Shown: positions 1 through 9,793 of the stretch, one piece after another
Layout: the number at the start of each line of letters is the position of its first letter
Numbering within the stretch: the first letter of the stretch is position 1
From: a bacterium
Lineage (GTDB): Bacteria > SAR324 > XYD2-FULL-50-16 > G965216635
Direction: 5' to 3'
Assembly (NCBI GenBank): GCA_965216635.1
Contig: OZ244188.1
Span: 288,001-352,000, forward strand
DNA: 64,000 bases
Made by a program: the position numbers and the translations under genes
The notes under the pieces: generated by a model
Databases searched by the model: none
The model's input: the letters and a program-made list of their open reading frames with translations, nothing else
Told to the model about the DNA's origin: nothing

Positions 1-1
1 A

Positions 2-880
2 TTAGAAGAAAAATTGATTAATCCTCAACAAAAAATTTATTGTGAAAAAGGTTCTTTTTTTATTGGAGGCAGTATTATCCGCGATGTGAAACCTTACGCG
101 CATTTAAAATTGCAAGAGGTATTACAAAAGTCTTCCAATATTTGTGCTTTAAAAATAGGTCGTTTAATAGAGAACAAAAAGTTTTACCAATATATTCTTG
201 ATTTTGGTTTTGGAGAAAAAACCAATATTGAATTACCCGGCGAAATTAAAGGAGTAGTGCATAACTATAAAAAATGGAGTAATTTAGACAAGGCTGTTAT
301 TTCTTATGGGCACTCCATATCAGTCACTCCGATTCAACTCATATCAGCGATTAATACAATTGCCAACGATGGAATATATATTTCTCCTACTATTATCCGT
401 CAAACTCAAAATGCCCTCAATAACTCTGTAAAATCACCTAAACAAAGAAAAAAAAGAGTGGTCAGTGAAAAAACAGCACATATTTTGAGAAAAATGATGG
501 TAAGTGTAACTCAAGAAGGCGGAACTGGATATTTAGCAAATATACCTAATGTTGAAATAGCTGCTAAAACTGGAACAGCCAGAAAATATGATAAGGAGCA
601 AAGACAGTATTCTACAGAAAGCCATATTTTGTCTTTTGTTGGTTTTTTGCCAGCAAAAAATCCCCAATTAACTATTCTAGTCATACTAGATGATCCTCAA
701 AAAATAAAAGGGGTACATCGTAGTGCCGCTCCTTTGTTTAAACTGGTTGCTAAAGCAACTATTCGTCATTATGGGATGGAAAACACCAAACGTATTTGGG
801 GAATTGAGAAGAAAAAATTCAAAAAAGAAACTGTAGTTCAGGATAATTCTACTATAACGCTTTTGAGACCTTTGAATTAG
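2..880 (+). CDS. ftsI: Penicillin-binding protein transpeptidase (FtsI/PBP3-like), 5'-truncated by window edge
   Basis: SxN (KSSNI), SYGHSISVTPIQL and KTG (AAKTGTA) motifs; frame is open to the window start. Confidence 0.8.
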   Translation, partial: LEEKLINPQQKIYCEKGSFFIGGSIIRDVKPYAHLKLQEVLQKSSNICALKIGRLIENKKFYQYILDFGFGEKTNIELPGEIKGVVHNYKKWSNLDKAVISYGHSISVTPIQLISAINTIANDGIYISPTIIRQTQNALNNSVKSPKQRKKRVVSEKTAHILRKMMVSVTQEGGTGYLANIPNVEIAAKTGTARKYDKEQRQYSTESHILSFVGFLPAKNPQLTILVILDDPQKIKGVHRSAAPLFKLVAKATIRHYGMENTKRIWGIEKKKFKKETVVQDNSTITLLRPLN

Positions 881-1028
881 TGTTATAGACCTTTGAATTT
901 GCCAAATAGGACAAAACTAGCTGTGACGGCTAGCCAAATGGTCATACCAGTAGCTCTTTTGCTAAAGCCTGTATTGGCGTAAAAGTAATAAGCTTGTTGG
1001 CTAAACAGAACGCTAATTCAAAGGTCTC
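865..1028. mobile_element. MITE with nested second left end at 886
   Basis: Perfect terminal inverted repeat GAGACCTTTGAATTAG / CTAATTCAAAGGTCTC; interior matches other copies in the window. Confidence 0.8.
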
Positions 1029-1070
1029 ACCTTTATCTTACTTAAAAAATTAGAGTAATGGTACCTAGAA

Positions 1071-1883
1071 ATGACTACAAAACTTAAGCCATCTGAAAAA
1101 GTGGTAGAAAAACGTTTTATCATTTGCTCCCCTTTAAGGAGAATTTTGTCTTTTTTCGTAGATATTTTTTTTCTTATTCTTTTTTTTAGATTTGTTTTAT
1201 TTACTCTTTTTACGCAATCTCACTGGGATATTGAATTGAATATAGAAAAAAATATTCTATTTTCTAGTCTGCTTGCCTTTTTTTTATTTTTATGCAAGGA
1301 TCTTTTTGGAGGTCGCAGTCTGGGTAAGATTTTTTTTGCTATTGTAGTGAGAAATGTTGCTAGAGACGCTGTAGGCAATTTTTCTAAACCATATAGAAGG
1401 CATCTTTTTTTAAGGAATATTCCTTTATTGCTTTTTCCAGTAGAATTATTTTTCCTTTTACGAGATAATTATAGTCGTAGGTTAGGAGATAGGTGGGTAG
1501 GCACTTTTGTTTTACTAGATAAAGAAAAAACTTCAAAAAACAATCCCATTCGTTGGTTGACTTTGCGAGTTTTGTTGTTTATATTCTTACTTGCCTTGTT
1601 GGTAAGTAGTTATTTTATTCTTGCGCCTATCCAAGTAAAAAAATCTTACGCTTATCAAGTAGCAATAGAGGCATTAGAAGCAGATATTTCCATTCAAAAA
1701 GAGTTTGGACAGATTGTTTCTTATGGTTATTGGCCCGAATTTTATAGAAAAGGAAATCAATTTCAGATCAATTTATCCTTTAAAGGACAATATTTTGATG
1801 GAAAAGCGTATATTTCACTTGATTTTAATGAAAAAAGTCATTATTTTTTAAAAGACTTGAAAATTATCAAAAAAAATGGTTGA
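1071..1883 (+). CDS. RDD family membrane protein
   Basis: RRILSFFVD, GRSLGK and RRLGDRWVGTFV motifs plus TM segments. Confidence 0.8.
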   Translation: MTTKLKPSEKVVEKRFIICSPLRRILSFFVDIFFLILFFRFVLFTLFTQSHWDIELNIEKNILFSSLLAFFLFLCKDLFGGRSLGKIFFAIVVRNVARDAVGNFSKPYRRHLFLRNIPLLLFPVELFFLLRDNYSRRLGDRWVGTFVLLDKEKTSKNNPIRWLTLRVLLFIFLLALLVSSYFILAPIQVKKSYAYQVAIEALEADISIQKEFGQIVSYGYWPEFYRKGNQFQINLSFKGQYFDGKAYISLDFNEKSHYFLKDLKIIKKNG

Positions 1884-2041
1884 CTTTTATTTCACTTGAT
1901 TTTAATGAAAAAAGTTATTATTTTTTAAAAGACTTGAAAATTATCAAAAAAAATGGTTGACTTTTATTTCACTTGATTTTAATGAAAAAAGTCATTATTT
2001 TTTAAAAGACTTGAAAATTATCAAAAAAAATGGTTGACTTT
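1811..2041 (+). repeat. Three tandem copies of a 77-bp unit
   Basis: TATTTCACTTGATTTTAATG...AATGGTTGACTTT starts at 1811, 1888 and 1965; copies nearly identical. Confidence 0.95.
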
Positions 2042-2179
2042 AGGAGAGGAATAGTTTAAGAAAAGAAAAATGTTGCTTTGTTAAGACATTGAGTCTAGAA
2101 CAAGGTAAGGAAAAGTGAAGGATTTGTATGGGTAAGAGTTTTTGTTTGTAATATTAAATCAATAAATTAAGTTATAATT

Positions 2180-4084
2180 ATGGAAGAAATAGAATATGGT
2201 CCAGAGGTTGTTCATCCTGAGAAAGAGAGTGCAGTTGGTAGTAGGAATAGTTTGGCACGCAAAGGAAGGGTTGAATATAAGGAATCCAGTTTACTGATAG
2301 ATGAGGAAATTGATAGAATTTTAAATCATATTAGTAGTAAACTCCCGCCTGAGGTTCTCAATAAAGTGGATGTAATGAATGGGGTCAAAGAAAAACTCCA
2401 TAATTACTACAACATGTCTTTTCAAAATATGATGAACCGTTATTTGACCACTACAGAAGATGAAATGACGAAAAAATATAGAGACCTTATAAGCATGGAA
2501 GAGCATAAAGGCTTGCATAAATATACGCCTAGGCTGATTTCTAGTATTTTAGAAAGTATTGGCGGAATAGATAAGTTTAATATAGGGGAAATTGATAAAT
2601 CTGTAGTCAACATTTATGGACATTTACAAGGATCAGTGCAAAGATCTTTATATACCTTAGAGACAGAGACTAATTCTATTTTAAGACAAAAAACAGATGT
2701 AGGAGCCTTTATTAGAGGCGAGAATACTTATTCTATAGCTAAATGTTCTATCAAGGATAGTCTAGAAAAACCAACCACTGTTAGTGATTTAAAGATGGCT
2801 ATTAATATATTAGATTCTGAGCTGATTAGTGCTATCTTGCACCTGCATACAAATTCATCTATTTTACTGCAATCTATCGCTTCTGAAGAGATTATGACTT
2901 ACTTGGAAGAAGAGATTAAAAAAATCAATTTCGCTCTCATGAACGAAGGTAAATTAGAGCTAGCGGATAATGAATCTATTCTTAAAAAAATTCAATTGTT
3001 AGAAAACTATGTTGGAGATGATAAGACTTCAGAAACTTCTACTCGCTATCAACTTGTAGCAAAACATATTTTGGACGCTGTAGATAAAGTTTTAGTGAAA
3101 ACCGAAGATAAGAACCTCTTAAGCGTTAGACACAACGTCCAAAAGGTATTAGAAATGGAAGGGGTGCGTAATAGGGGCTATAATACGGCTGTGAATACTT
3201 TAACAAATGTTTTGGACACTTCTAAAATGAGTTATCAGAATATAGAAAACGCTAAAGGCGCTAGAGTTTGTAGGATCAGTGAATATACAGATAAAAATGA
3301 AGACGAATTACCTGATGAAAGATATACTATATCTCTCAGCTATTACGATGCAGATCAAATTGATTCTATGCGTGATGCCTATGAGAGACAATTTATAGAA
3401 TTTCAAAAAAGATTTGAGGACGCTTTGTTTGTGATAGAAGAGAGATATTTTGAATATAAGAGTGAGAAAAAATTTGTTGATTATGCTGATATTGTATCAG
3501 ATATGGAGAGATCTGAGGAAAAGGCAGCTAGAGCTTCATCTCAGGAAGGTAAAGGTAGCTTTTTGTCAAGGTTTTTAAACCCCAGTATATCTCAAAAAGA
3601 AGAGGTTGAAGCAGACGAGAAAAGTGATTTTGATGGCTCTATTTGGAATGAATTTATTTTTAGAAAACCTGGAGAAAAAGATGATATTGTTCCTTATAAC
3701 AAATTTGATGTAGATATTAGAGAAATTAGAGAAAAATTAGTTCATATGAATTCTCGTTTGACTCAAATCTATTCTAGACACTTCCCTGAATATCGCGTTA
3801 TTGTTGAAACTAGATTGTCAAAACTAGTTAAGGATTTCAATTGGTTTGTTTCTCAAATTAACCCATTCCAGATTCAACCAGGGATTTGTTTAGAAATAGA
3901 TATTACTTCAATAAAAAGGAAAAAAACTACAATTATGACAATGGCAAATGTTCTTAATGAGTTTTTACACGCAGTTTCAAAAGGCTTTTCTGATTCTGCG
4001 TTTGCTAATTTCCAAAGAAGGAGATCCAGTATTAGAGACGATATAGATAGAGAATTTACTTTTTTCCCCGAAGATACAAAATAA
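2180..4084 (+). CDS. cfpA: Cytoplasmic filament protein CfpA homologue
   Basis: HPEKESAVGSRNSLA, YGHLQG, LRQKTDVGAFIRGEN, LPDERY and DITSIKRKK..MANVLNEFLH..SKGF match my recollection of Treponema CfpA. Confidence 0.85.
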   Translation: MEEIEYGPEVVHPEKESAVGSRNSLARKGRVEYKESSLLIDEEIDRILNHISSKLPPEVLNKVDVMNGVKEKLHNYYNMSFQNMMNRYLTTTEDEMTKKYRDLISMEEHKGLHKYTPRLISSILESIGGIDKFNIGEIDKSVVNIYGHLQGSVQRSLYTLETETNSILRQKTDVGAFIRGENTYSIAKCSIKDSLEKPTTVSDLKMAINILDSELISAILHLHTNSSILLQSIASEEIMTYLEEEIKKINFALMNEGKLELADNESILKKIQLLENYVGDDKTSETSTRYQLVAKHILDAVDKVLVKTEDKNLLSVRHNVQKVLEMEGVRNRGYNTAVNTLTNVLDTSKMSYQNIENAKGARVCRISEYTDKNEDELPDERYTISLSYYDADQIDSMRDAYERQFIEFQKRFEDALFVIEERYFEYKSEKKFVDYADIVSDMERSEEKAARASSQEGKGSFLSRFLNPSISQKEEVEADEKSDFDGSIWNEFIFRKPGEKDDIVPYNKFDVDIREIREKLVHMNSRLTQIYSRHFPEYRVIVETRLSKLVKDFNWFVSQINPFQIQPGICLEIDITSIKRKKTTIMTMANVLNEFLHAVSKGFSDSAFANFQRRRSSIRDDIDREFTFFPEDTK

Positions 4085-4176
4085 CAATCCGCAGTGAACG
4101 ATTGTAATTTTCAAAACTGTAAAAAACTAAAATCTTTCCTTTTTTTTGCCCTTTTATCTACGGTAAGACCTATGCC

Positions 4177-4227
4177 CCAATAATTGGCACCAGTAATTGG
4201 AGCCAATGATTGGAGCCAGTATTATTG
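4177..4227. repeat. Tandem 13-bp-period palindromic motifs CCART(A/G)ATTGG
   Basis: ccaataattgg (4177), ccagtaattgg (4190), ccaatgattgg (4203), degenerate copy at 4216. Confidence 0.6.
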
Positions 4228-4247
4228 CTAGGTGGTAAGGTTTTAGT

Positions 4248-4450
4248 TTTTTTTGCTAAAAATGATATTTCATACTTTCGGAAAAGCAAAAAGAGTAAAA
4301 ATTTAGCGTTAAGCAAAGACGAACTGCAAAAGAGCCACTGGTACGACCATTTGGCTCATACCAGTGGCTCTTTTGCAATAGTATGTTTGAAATTTAAAGC
4401 AAAAAGGCGTATTAATACCTAATTCAATGAGAAATTAAACATTGCAGAGG
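4248..4450. repeat. Single structured repeat unit (long-hairpin variant) upstream of FHA gene 1
   Basis: Same unit as the arrays: TTCGGAAAAGC...TGCAAAAGAGCCA-loop-TGGCTCTTTTGCA...AAACATTGCAGAGG. Confidence 0.9.
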
Positions 4451-4507
4451 TTATTTTCTATAAAATTTTTATTTTTTTGTTAAACTATACAAACTTACTT
4501 TTTTTTA

Positions 4508-4728
4508 TAGACCTTTGAATTTCGCTGATGCGACGGCAAAGCTAAACAGAATGCAAATTCAAAAGTCTATTTTATAGACCTTTGAATTTCGCTGATGTGA
4601 CAGCTAGCCAAATGGTTGGAACAGGTGCGAAAAATTTTTTTAGCTCGCTGGAATACTGAAGTATTTCAAGAGTTAAAAAATTTTTTCAACGCTGCTTTGG
4701 CTAAACAGAATGCAAATTCAAAAGTCTA
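4508..4728. mobile_element. Two tandem MITEs (4508-4569, 4575-4728)
   Basis: TAGACCTTTGAATTT...AAATTCAAAAGTCTA ends; TTTTA before, between and after the two elements. Confidence 0.85.
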
Positions 4729-4762
4729 TTTTATTATTAAAAATCAACCTAACCATGTAACC

Positions 4763-7366
4763 ATGAAAAAAATACTACCCTTATTATTGTTGTTTGTTTT
4801 GAGTATCTCCTTTATTAAAAGCAATGTTGTTTTGGCTCAAGCAACAATTGATATAAAAGCACCCAATGCAAATGGGCTTTCTAACAATAGAGTGACCGAT
4901 TTTGATGTCAACACAGATGGAACTATTTTAAACAATAGTGCAGCTGGAGGCACAGCCCAGCTAGGCTCTACAGCAGTGAGTGCCAATCCCAATATTACAG
5001 CAGGTAGCGAAGCAGAACTTATACTATTCCAAGTAACAGGAAGCACTACCAGTGAGTTAGACGGAAAAATAGAAATATTTGGTAGGGAAGCCGGAGTAAT
5101 TATAGCGAATCCTAAGGGAATTAACTGTGATGGTTGCGGCTTTATCAATGCAAATAGAGTGGATCTGGTAACGGGTAGTGGTTATGATGCAAACGCAAAT
5201 ACATTCAGCACTATTTCAAATACTAGTATCAATGTAAGCGGTGGTGGCTTGGATGCTGTTGATGTAGATGTTTTAAACATACGCGCTGGATATCGCTTTA
5301 TCAATGATGGTGCAACGATTAACGCTGATAGCTTTAATGTTACAACTGGAAATTCCTTTTACAACAGAAATTCAGCAACGATTAACGCAGATAGTTTCAA
5401 TGTCACAGCTGGATCTTTATTTGCCAATACAGCTTCCGCAACGATTAACGCGCACACCTTGACGATTGAAGTAACGGACTCTGATAAGCATATTGAAAAT
5501 TATGCAACTGTTTCTACAGATACTTTAAATTTTATACTCACCGCTGATTTCACCAGTAACAGCAGTCTTTTACATGGCTTTGCCTTTCTAAACTTTACCT
5601 TCAATAATTTAAGAGTTTCTACAGAAGGTTATTTTATTAATAAAGCTAACCTTGTTGTAGATAGCTTTAATGTTACAACTGGAACTTACTTTATCAATCA
5701 AAGAGCAACGATTAACGCAGATAGCTTTAATGTTACAACTGGAACTTACTTTCGCAACAGAAATTCAGCAACGATTAACGCAGATAGCTTTAATGTTACT
5801 GCTGGAACTGACTTTAGCAATCTCACTTCCGCAACGATTAACGCAGATAGCTTTAATGTTACGGCTGTAGGTGACTTTGAAAACTCCGCTAGCATTAACG
5901 CTGATACCCTTTTGAATATCGCATTGACTGACGCAGCTGTTAGTTTTACTAATACTGGCGGAGTAGCTAGTGCAGATACTTTCAATCTTTCTGTAGTGGG
6001 CGATCTTGATTATACTAATAGAGGAACGATTAATTCTAACAACTTCAATCTCAATGTTGGTGGTAATTTTACTAACAACGATGCAACCAATGATTTTATT
6101 TGGAATGCAAACGATAGTTTGATTGTATCTGGGAGTGCTTCTGTTATTGCAAATAGTTTTAATAATAGCGGAACTCTAAATGCTAATAGCTTTGATATTA
6201 CAGCGACGGATCTTACTAACACTGGAACTATTAATGCTAATACTACTTTGACTAGCACAGCAAGTAACAGTTTTTCTAATACTGGCGGAGTAGCTAATGC
6301 AGATACATTCAATCTTTCTGTAGGCGGTGATTTTAACTATGTTGCTGATAGAGGAACTATTAATTCTAACAACTTCAATCTCAATGTTGGTGGTAATTTT
6401 ACTAACAACGATGCAGCCAACGATTTTACTTGGGGTGCAAACGATAGTTTAGTTGTATCTGGAGATGCTGATATTACCACAAGAAATTTTACTCAATCTG
6501 GGGTAGTAGATGTTGGCGGCACTTTTACTATTAATGCAGGGGCTCTTATTCGCAATGAAGGAACTATTGATACTCATACCTTAGGTATTAATACAAATAG
6601 CATTCATAATCCAGGAAATATTACCGCCACCTATTTGGCTATCACAGCAATGAACGATGTTTTTTCAGGGGGAAGCATCACAACTTCTACTTTGAATATT
6701 AATGCTGGAAGGAACTTTGCCAACCACGGAGGTATTACTGCTAATAACTCTTTTGAAATTACCTCTGGAAATACAGTTGAAAACCACGGGTCCATTGTTT
6801 CTGATAGCTTAGATATAACTGTAGCGGATTATTTTAGAAATTTAAGCGGCGGGGATATTAATGTAGCTACTTTAAATATCACAGCTGGAGGCAAAGTTAC
6901 AAATATAGCTACTATTACTGCTGGAACTTTGAATATTACAGCAAATAATGACTCCTCCAGAACAGACGATACAGGCTTTTATGTTGCTAACCGAGGAGAT
7001 ATTCAGGCGACTACTCTAAACATAACAGCAGCAGATAATTTTTATAACCGAGGAGATATTAGCGCAAATACTTCCGATATCACTGCAAAAAATATTTTTT
7101 TCCTTAATACAGAAATAGCTAGTTTTTATGCTTCTGGAGGCACTTATGATGGCGGAGATATTTCTCTTACAGGGGATTCTAGTTTTACAACAACTGGTAG
7201 AATAGAAAACTACGGATTGATAGATCTCAATGGTTCTAATTTAGATATTACAGCGAAGACATTTATCAATCAAAAAGATGCTACCATTGATGCTGCTACA
7301 TTAAACCTCAATGTTAACTCCTTCATTGATGAGGGCACTATTACTGCCACAACCAACAACCAATAG
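4763..7366 (+). CDS. Filamentous haemagglutinin-like beta-helix protein 1 (TPS N-terminal domain)
   Basis: Signal peptide MKKILPLLLL, ANPNI and IIANPKGINCDGCGFIN motifs, beta-helix repeats; start reassigned from 4616, which lies in the MITE. Confidence 0.85.
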   Translation: MKKILPLLLLFVLSISFIKSNVVLAQATIDIKAPNANGLSNNRVTDFDVNTDGTILNNSAAGGTAQLGSTAVSANPNITAGSEAELILFQVTGSTTSELDGKIEIFGREAGVIIANPKGINCDGCGFINANRVDLVTGSGYDANANTFSTISNTSINVSGGGLDAVDVDVLNIRAGYRFINDGATINADSFNVTTGNSFYNRNSATINADSFNVTAGSLFANTASATINAHTLTIEVTDSDKHIENYATVSTDTLNFILTADFTSNSSLLHGFAFLNFTFNNLRVSTEGYFINKANLVVDSFNVTTGTYFINQRATINADSFNVTTGTYFRNRNSATINADSFNVTAGTDFSNLTSATINADSFNVTAVGDFENSASINADTLLNIALTDAAVSFTNTGGVASADTFNLSVVGDLDYTNRGTINSNNFNLNVGGNFTNNDATNDFIWNANDSLIVSGSASVIANSFNNSGTLNANSFDITATDLTNTGTINANTTLTSTASNSFSNTGGVANADTFNLSVGGDFNYVADRGTINSNNFNLNVGGNFTNNDAANDFTWGANDSLVVSGDADITTRNFTQSGVVDVGGTFTINAGALIRNEGTIDTHTLGINTNSIHNPGNITATYLAITAMNDVFSGGSITTSTLNINAGRNFANHGGITANNSFEITSGNTVENHGSIVSDSLDITVADYFRNLSGGDINVATLNITAGGKVTNIATITAGTLNITANNDSSRTDDTGFYVANRGDIQATTLNITAADNFYNRGDISANTSDITAKNIFFLNTEIASFYASGGTYDGGDISLTGDSSFTTTGRIENYGLIDLNGSNLDITAKTFINQKDATIDAATLNLNVNSFIDEGTITATTNNQ

Positions 7367-7555
7367 AGGTTAGTTCGGTTTTATCCTTAAAATCAAGGAA
7401 AAAGCCTATACCAACTACTTCTCATACAAGCTATAGAAAAAGCACTTTTTCTACGCCATTAAATAAAAATTCAACACACAGCAAAGAAAAAATTCAGCAC
7501 ACAGCAAAGACGAAATGCAAACTAGAATTTTTTAAGGAAAAACTCCTGACAAGGA
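7367..7555 (+). repeat. Conserved ~190-bp 3' tail with hairpins (probable terminator region); also at 14552, 20345 and 27654
   Basis: TCCTT-AAAATC-AAGGA and AGAAAAAG-CA-CTTTTTCT hairpins plus a CACACAGCAAAG direct repeat after all four FHA genes. Confidence 0.85.
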
Positions 7556-9660
7556 AGTTTTTTTTGCTAAAAACTATATTTCATACTCGGAAAGAAGTTT
7601 TTTTGCTAAAAATGGTATTTTATACTTTCGGAAAAGCAAAAAGAGTGAAAATTTAACGTTAAGCAAAAACGAACTGCAAAAGAGCCACTGGTATGACCAT
7701 TTGGCTCTTTTGCAATAATATGTTTGAAATTTAAAGCAAAAAGGCGACACTGCTTCCTTATTTTTAATGCCTAATTCAATGAGAAATTAAACATTGCAGG
7801 GGTTTTTTGCTAAAAATTGTATTTTATACTTTCGGAAAAGCAAAAAGAGTAAAAATTTAACGTTAAGCAAAAACGGACTGCAAAAGAGCCAGTAGTATGA
7901 CCATTTGGCTCTTTTGCAGTAATATGTGTTTGAAATTTAAAGCAAAAAGGCGTATTAATGCCTAATTCAATGAGAAATTAAACATTGCAGAGGTTGTTTT
8001 CTATAAAATTGTATTTTATATTTTCGGAAAAGCAAAAAGAGTAAAAATTTAGCGTTAAGCAAAAACGAACTGCAAAAGAGCCACTGGTATGACCATTTGG
8101 CTCTTTTGCAGTAATATGTGTTTGAAATTTAAAGCAAAAAGGCGACACTGCTACCTTATTTTTAATGCCTAATTCAATGAGAAATTAAACATTGCAGAGG
8201 TTTTTTTGCTAAAAATTGTATTTTATACTTTCGGAAAAGCAAAAAGAGTAAAAATTTAGCATTAAGCAAAAACGAACTGCAAAAGAGCCACTGGTATGAC
8301 CATTTGGCTCTTTTGCAATAATATGTTTGAAATTTAAAGCAAAAAGGCGTATTAATACCTAATTCAATGAGAAATTAAACATTGCAGAGGTTTTTTGCTA
8401 AAAATGGTATTTTATACTTTCGGAAAAGCAAAAAGAGTAAAAATTTAGCGTTAAGCAAAAACGAACTGCAAAAGAGCCACTGGTATGACCATTTGGCTCA
8501 TACCAGTGGCTCTTTTTCAATAATATATGTTTGAAATTTAAAGCAAAAAGGCGACACTGCTACCTTATTTTTAATACCTAATTCAATGAGAAATTAAACA
8601 TTGCAGGGGTTATTTTCTAAAAATGGTATTTTATACTTTCGGAAAAGCAAAAAGAGTAAAAATTTAGCGTTAAGCAAAAACGGACTGCAAAAGAGCCACT
8701 GGTATGACCATTTGGCTCTTTTGCAATAATATGTTTGAAATTTAAAGCAAAAAAGCGACACTGCTACCTTATTTTTAATGCCTAATTCAATGAGAAATTA
8801 AACATTGCAGAGTTTTTTTGCTAAAAATTGTATTTTATACTTTCGGAAAAGCAAAAAGAGTAAAAATTTAACGTTAAGCAAAAACGAACTGCAAAAGAGC
8901 CACTGGTATGACCATTTGGCTCTTTTGCAATAATATGTTTGAAATTTAAAGCAAAAAGGCGTATTAATACCTAAATCAATGAGAAATTAAACATTGCAGA
9001 GGTTTTTTGCTAAAAATTGTATTTTATACTTGACAAAGAAGTTTTTTTTGCTAAAAATTGTATTTTATACTTTCGGAAAAGCAAAAAGAGTAAAAATTTA
9101 GCGTTAAGCAAAAACGAACTGCAAAAGAGCCACTGGCTCTTTTGCAATAATATGTTTGAAATTTAAAGCAAAAAGGCGTATTAATACCTAAATCAATGAG
9201 AAATTAAACATTGCAGAGGTTTTTTGCTAAAAATTGTATTTTATACTTTCGGAAAAGCAAAAAGAGTAAAAATTTAGCGTTAAGCAAAAACGAACTGCAA
9301 AAGAGCCACTGGTATGACCATTTGGCTCTTTTGCAATAATATGTTTGAAATTTAAAGCAAAAAGGCGTATTAATACCTAATTCAATGAGAAATTAAACAT
9401 TGCAGAGGTTATTTGCTATAAAATTTTTAGTTTTTGCTTAAAATTATATTTTTAATCTTGACAAAGAATTTTTTATTTGCTAAAAACTATATTTTTTACT
9501 TGATTCAGAAGTTTTTTTTGCTAAAATTTGTATTTTTTACTTAACAATAAATTTATTTTAAAAAAACTTTTCTGCTTAAAGCTATGTTTTATCTACTCAT
9601 AAAAACTTTTTTGCTAAAAATTGTATTTTATACTTGACAAAGAAGTTTTTTTTGCTAAAC
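7556..9660. repeat. Array A: 9 structured ~175-220 bp units plus ~40-bp TTTTGCTAAAA sub-repeats
   Basis: Nine recurrences of TTCGGAAAAGCAAAAAGAG with the 13-bp hairpin stem. Confidence 0.95.
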
Positions 9661-9661
9661 T
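9634..9661 (+). promoter_or_regulatory. Sigma70-type promoter for FHA gene 2
   Basis: TTGACA-16 nt (includes T8)-TAAACT with extended -10 TG. Confidence 0.65.
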
Positions 9662-9685
9662 ATACAAACTTACTTTTTTTTATTA

Positions 9686-9762
9686 TAGACCTTTGAATTT
9701 TGCTGATGCGACGGCAAGGCTAAACAGCTAGTTTTGTCCTATTTGGCAAATTCAAAAGTCTA
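9686..9762. mobile_element. 77-bp MITE in FHA gene 2 leader
   Basis: Family terminal inverted repeats; flanks TATTA / TATTG. Confidence 0.8.
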
Positions 9763-9793
9763 TATTGTTAAAAATCAACCTAATCGTGTAACC

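Noticed and set aside
4210..4422. Small ORFs in repeat units (also 21760-21942)
   Set aside because: Open only in some long-loop units; other units have indels and stops, so probably not coding
4616..4762. Upstream starts given in the ORF track (4616, 9734, 22875, 29469, 49752, 61884)
   Set aside because: They begin inside MITE sequence; downstream ATGs give proper signal peptides or N-termini
7556..9660. CRISPR array interpretation of the intergenic arrays
   Set aside because: Units are far longer than CRISPR repeats, variable slots have only a few recurring alleles rather than unique spacers, and no cas genes are seen
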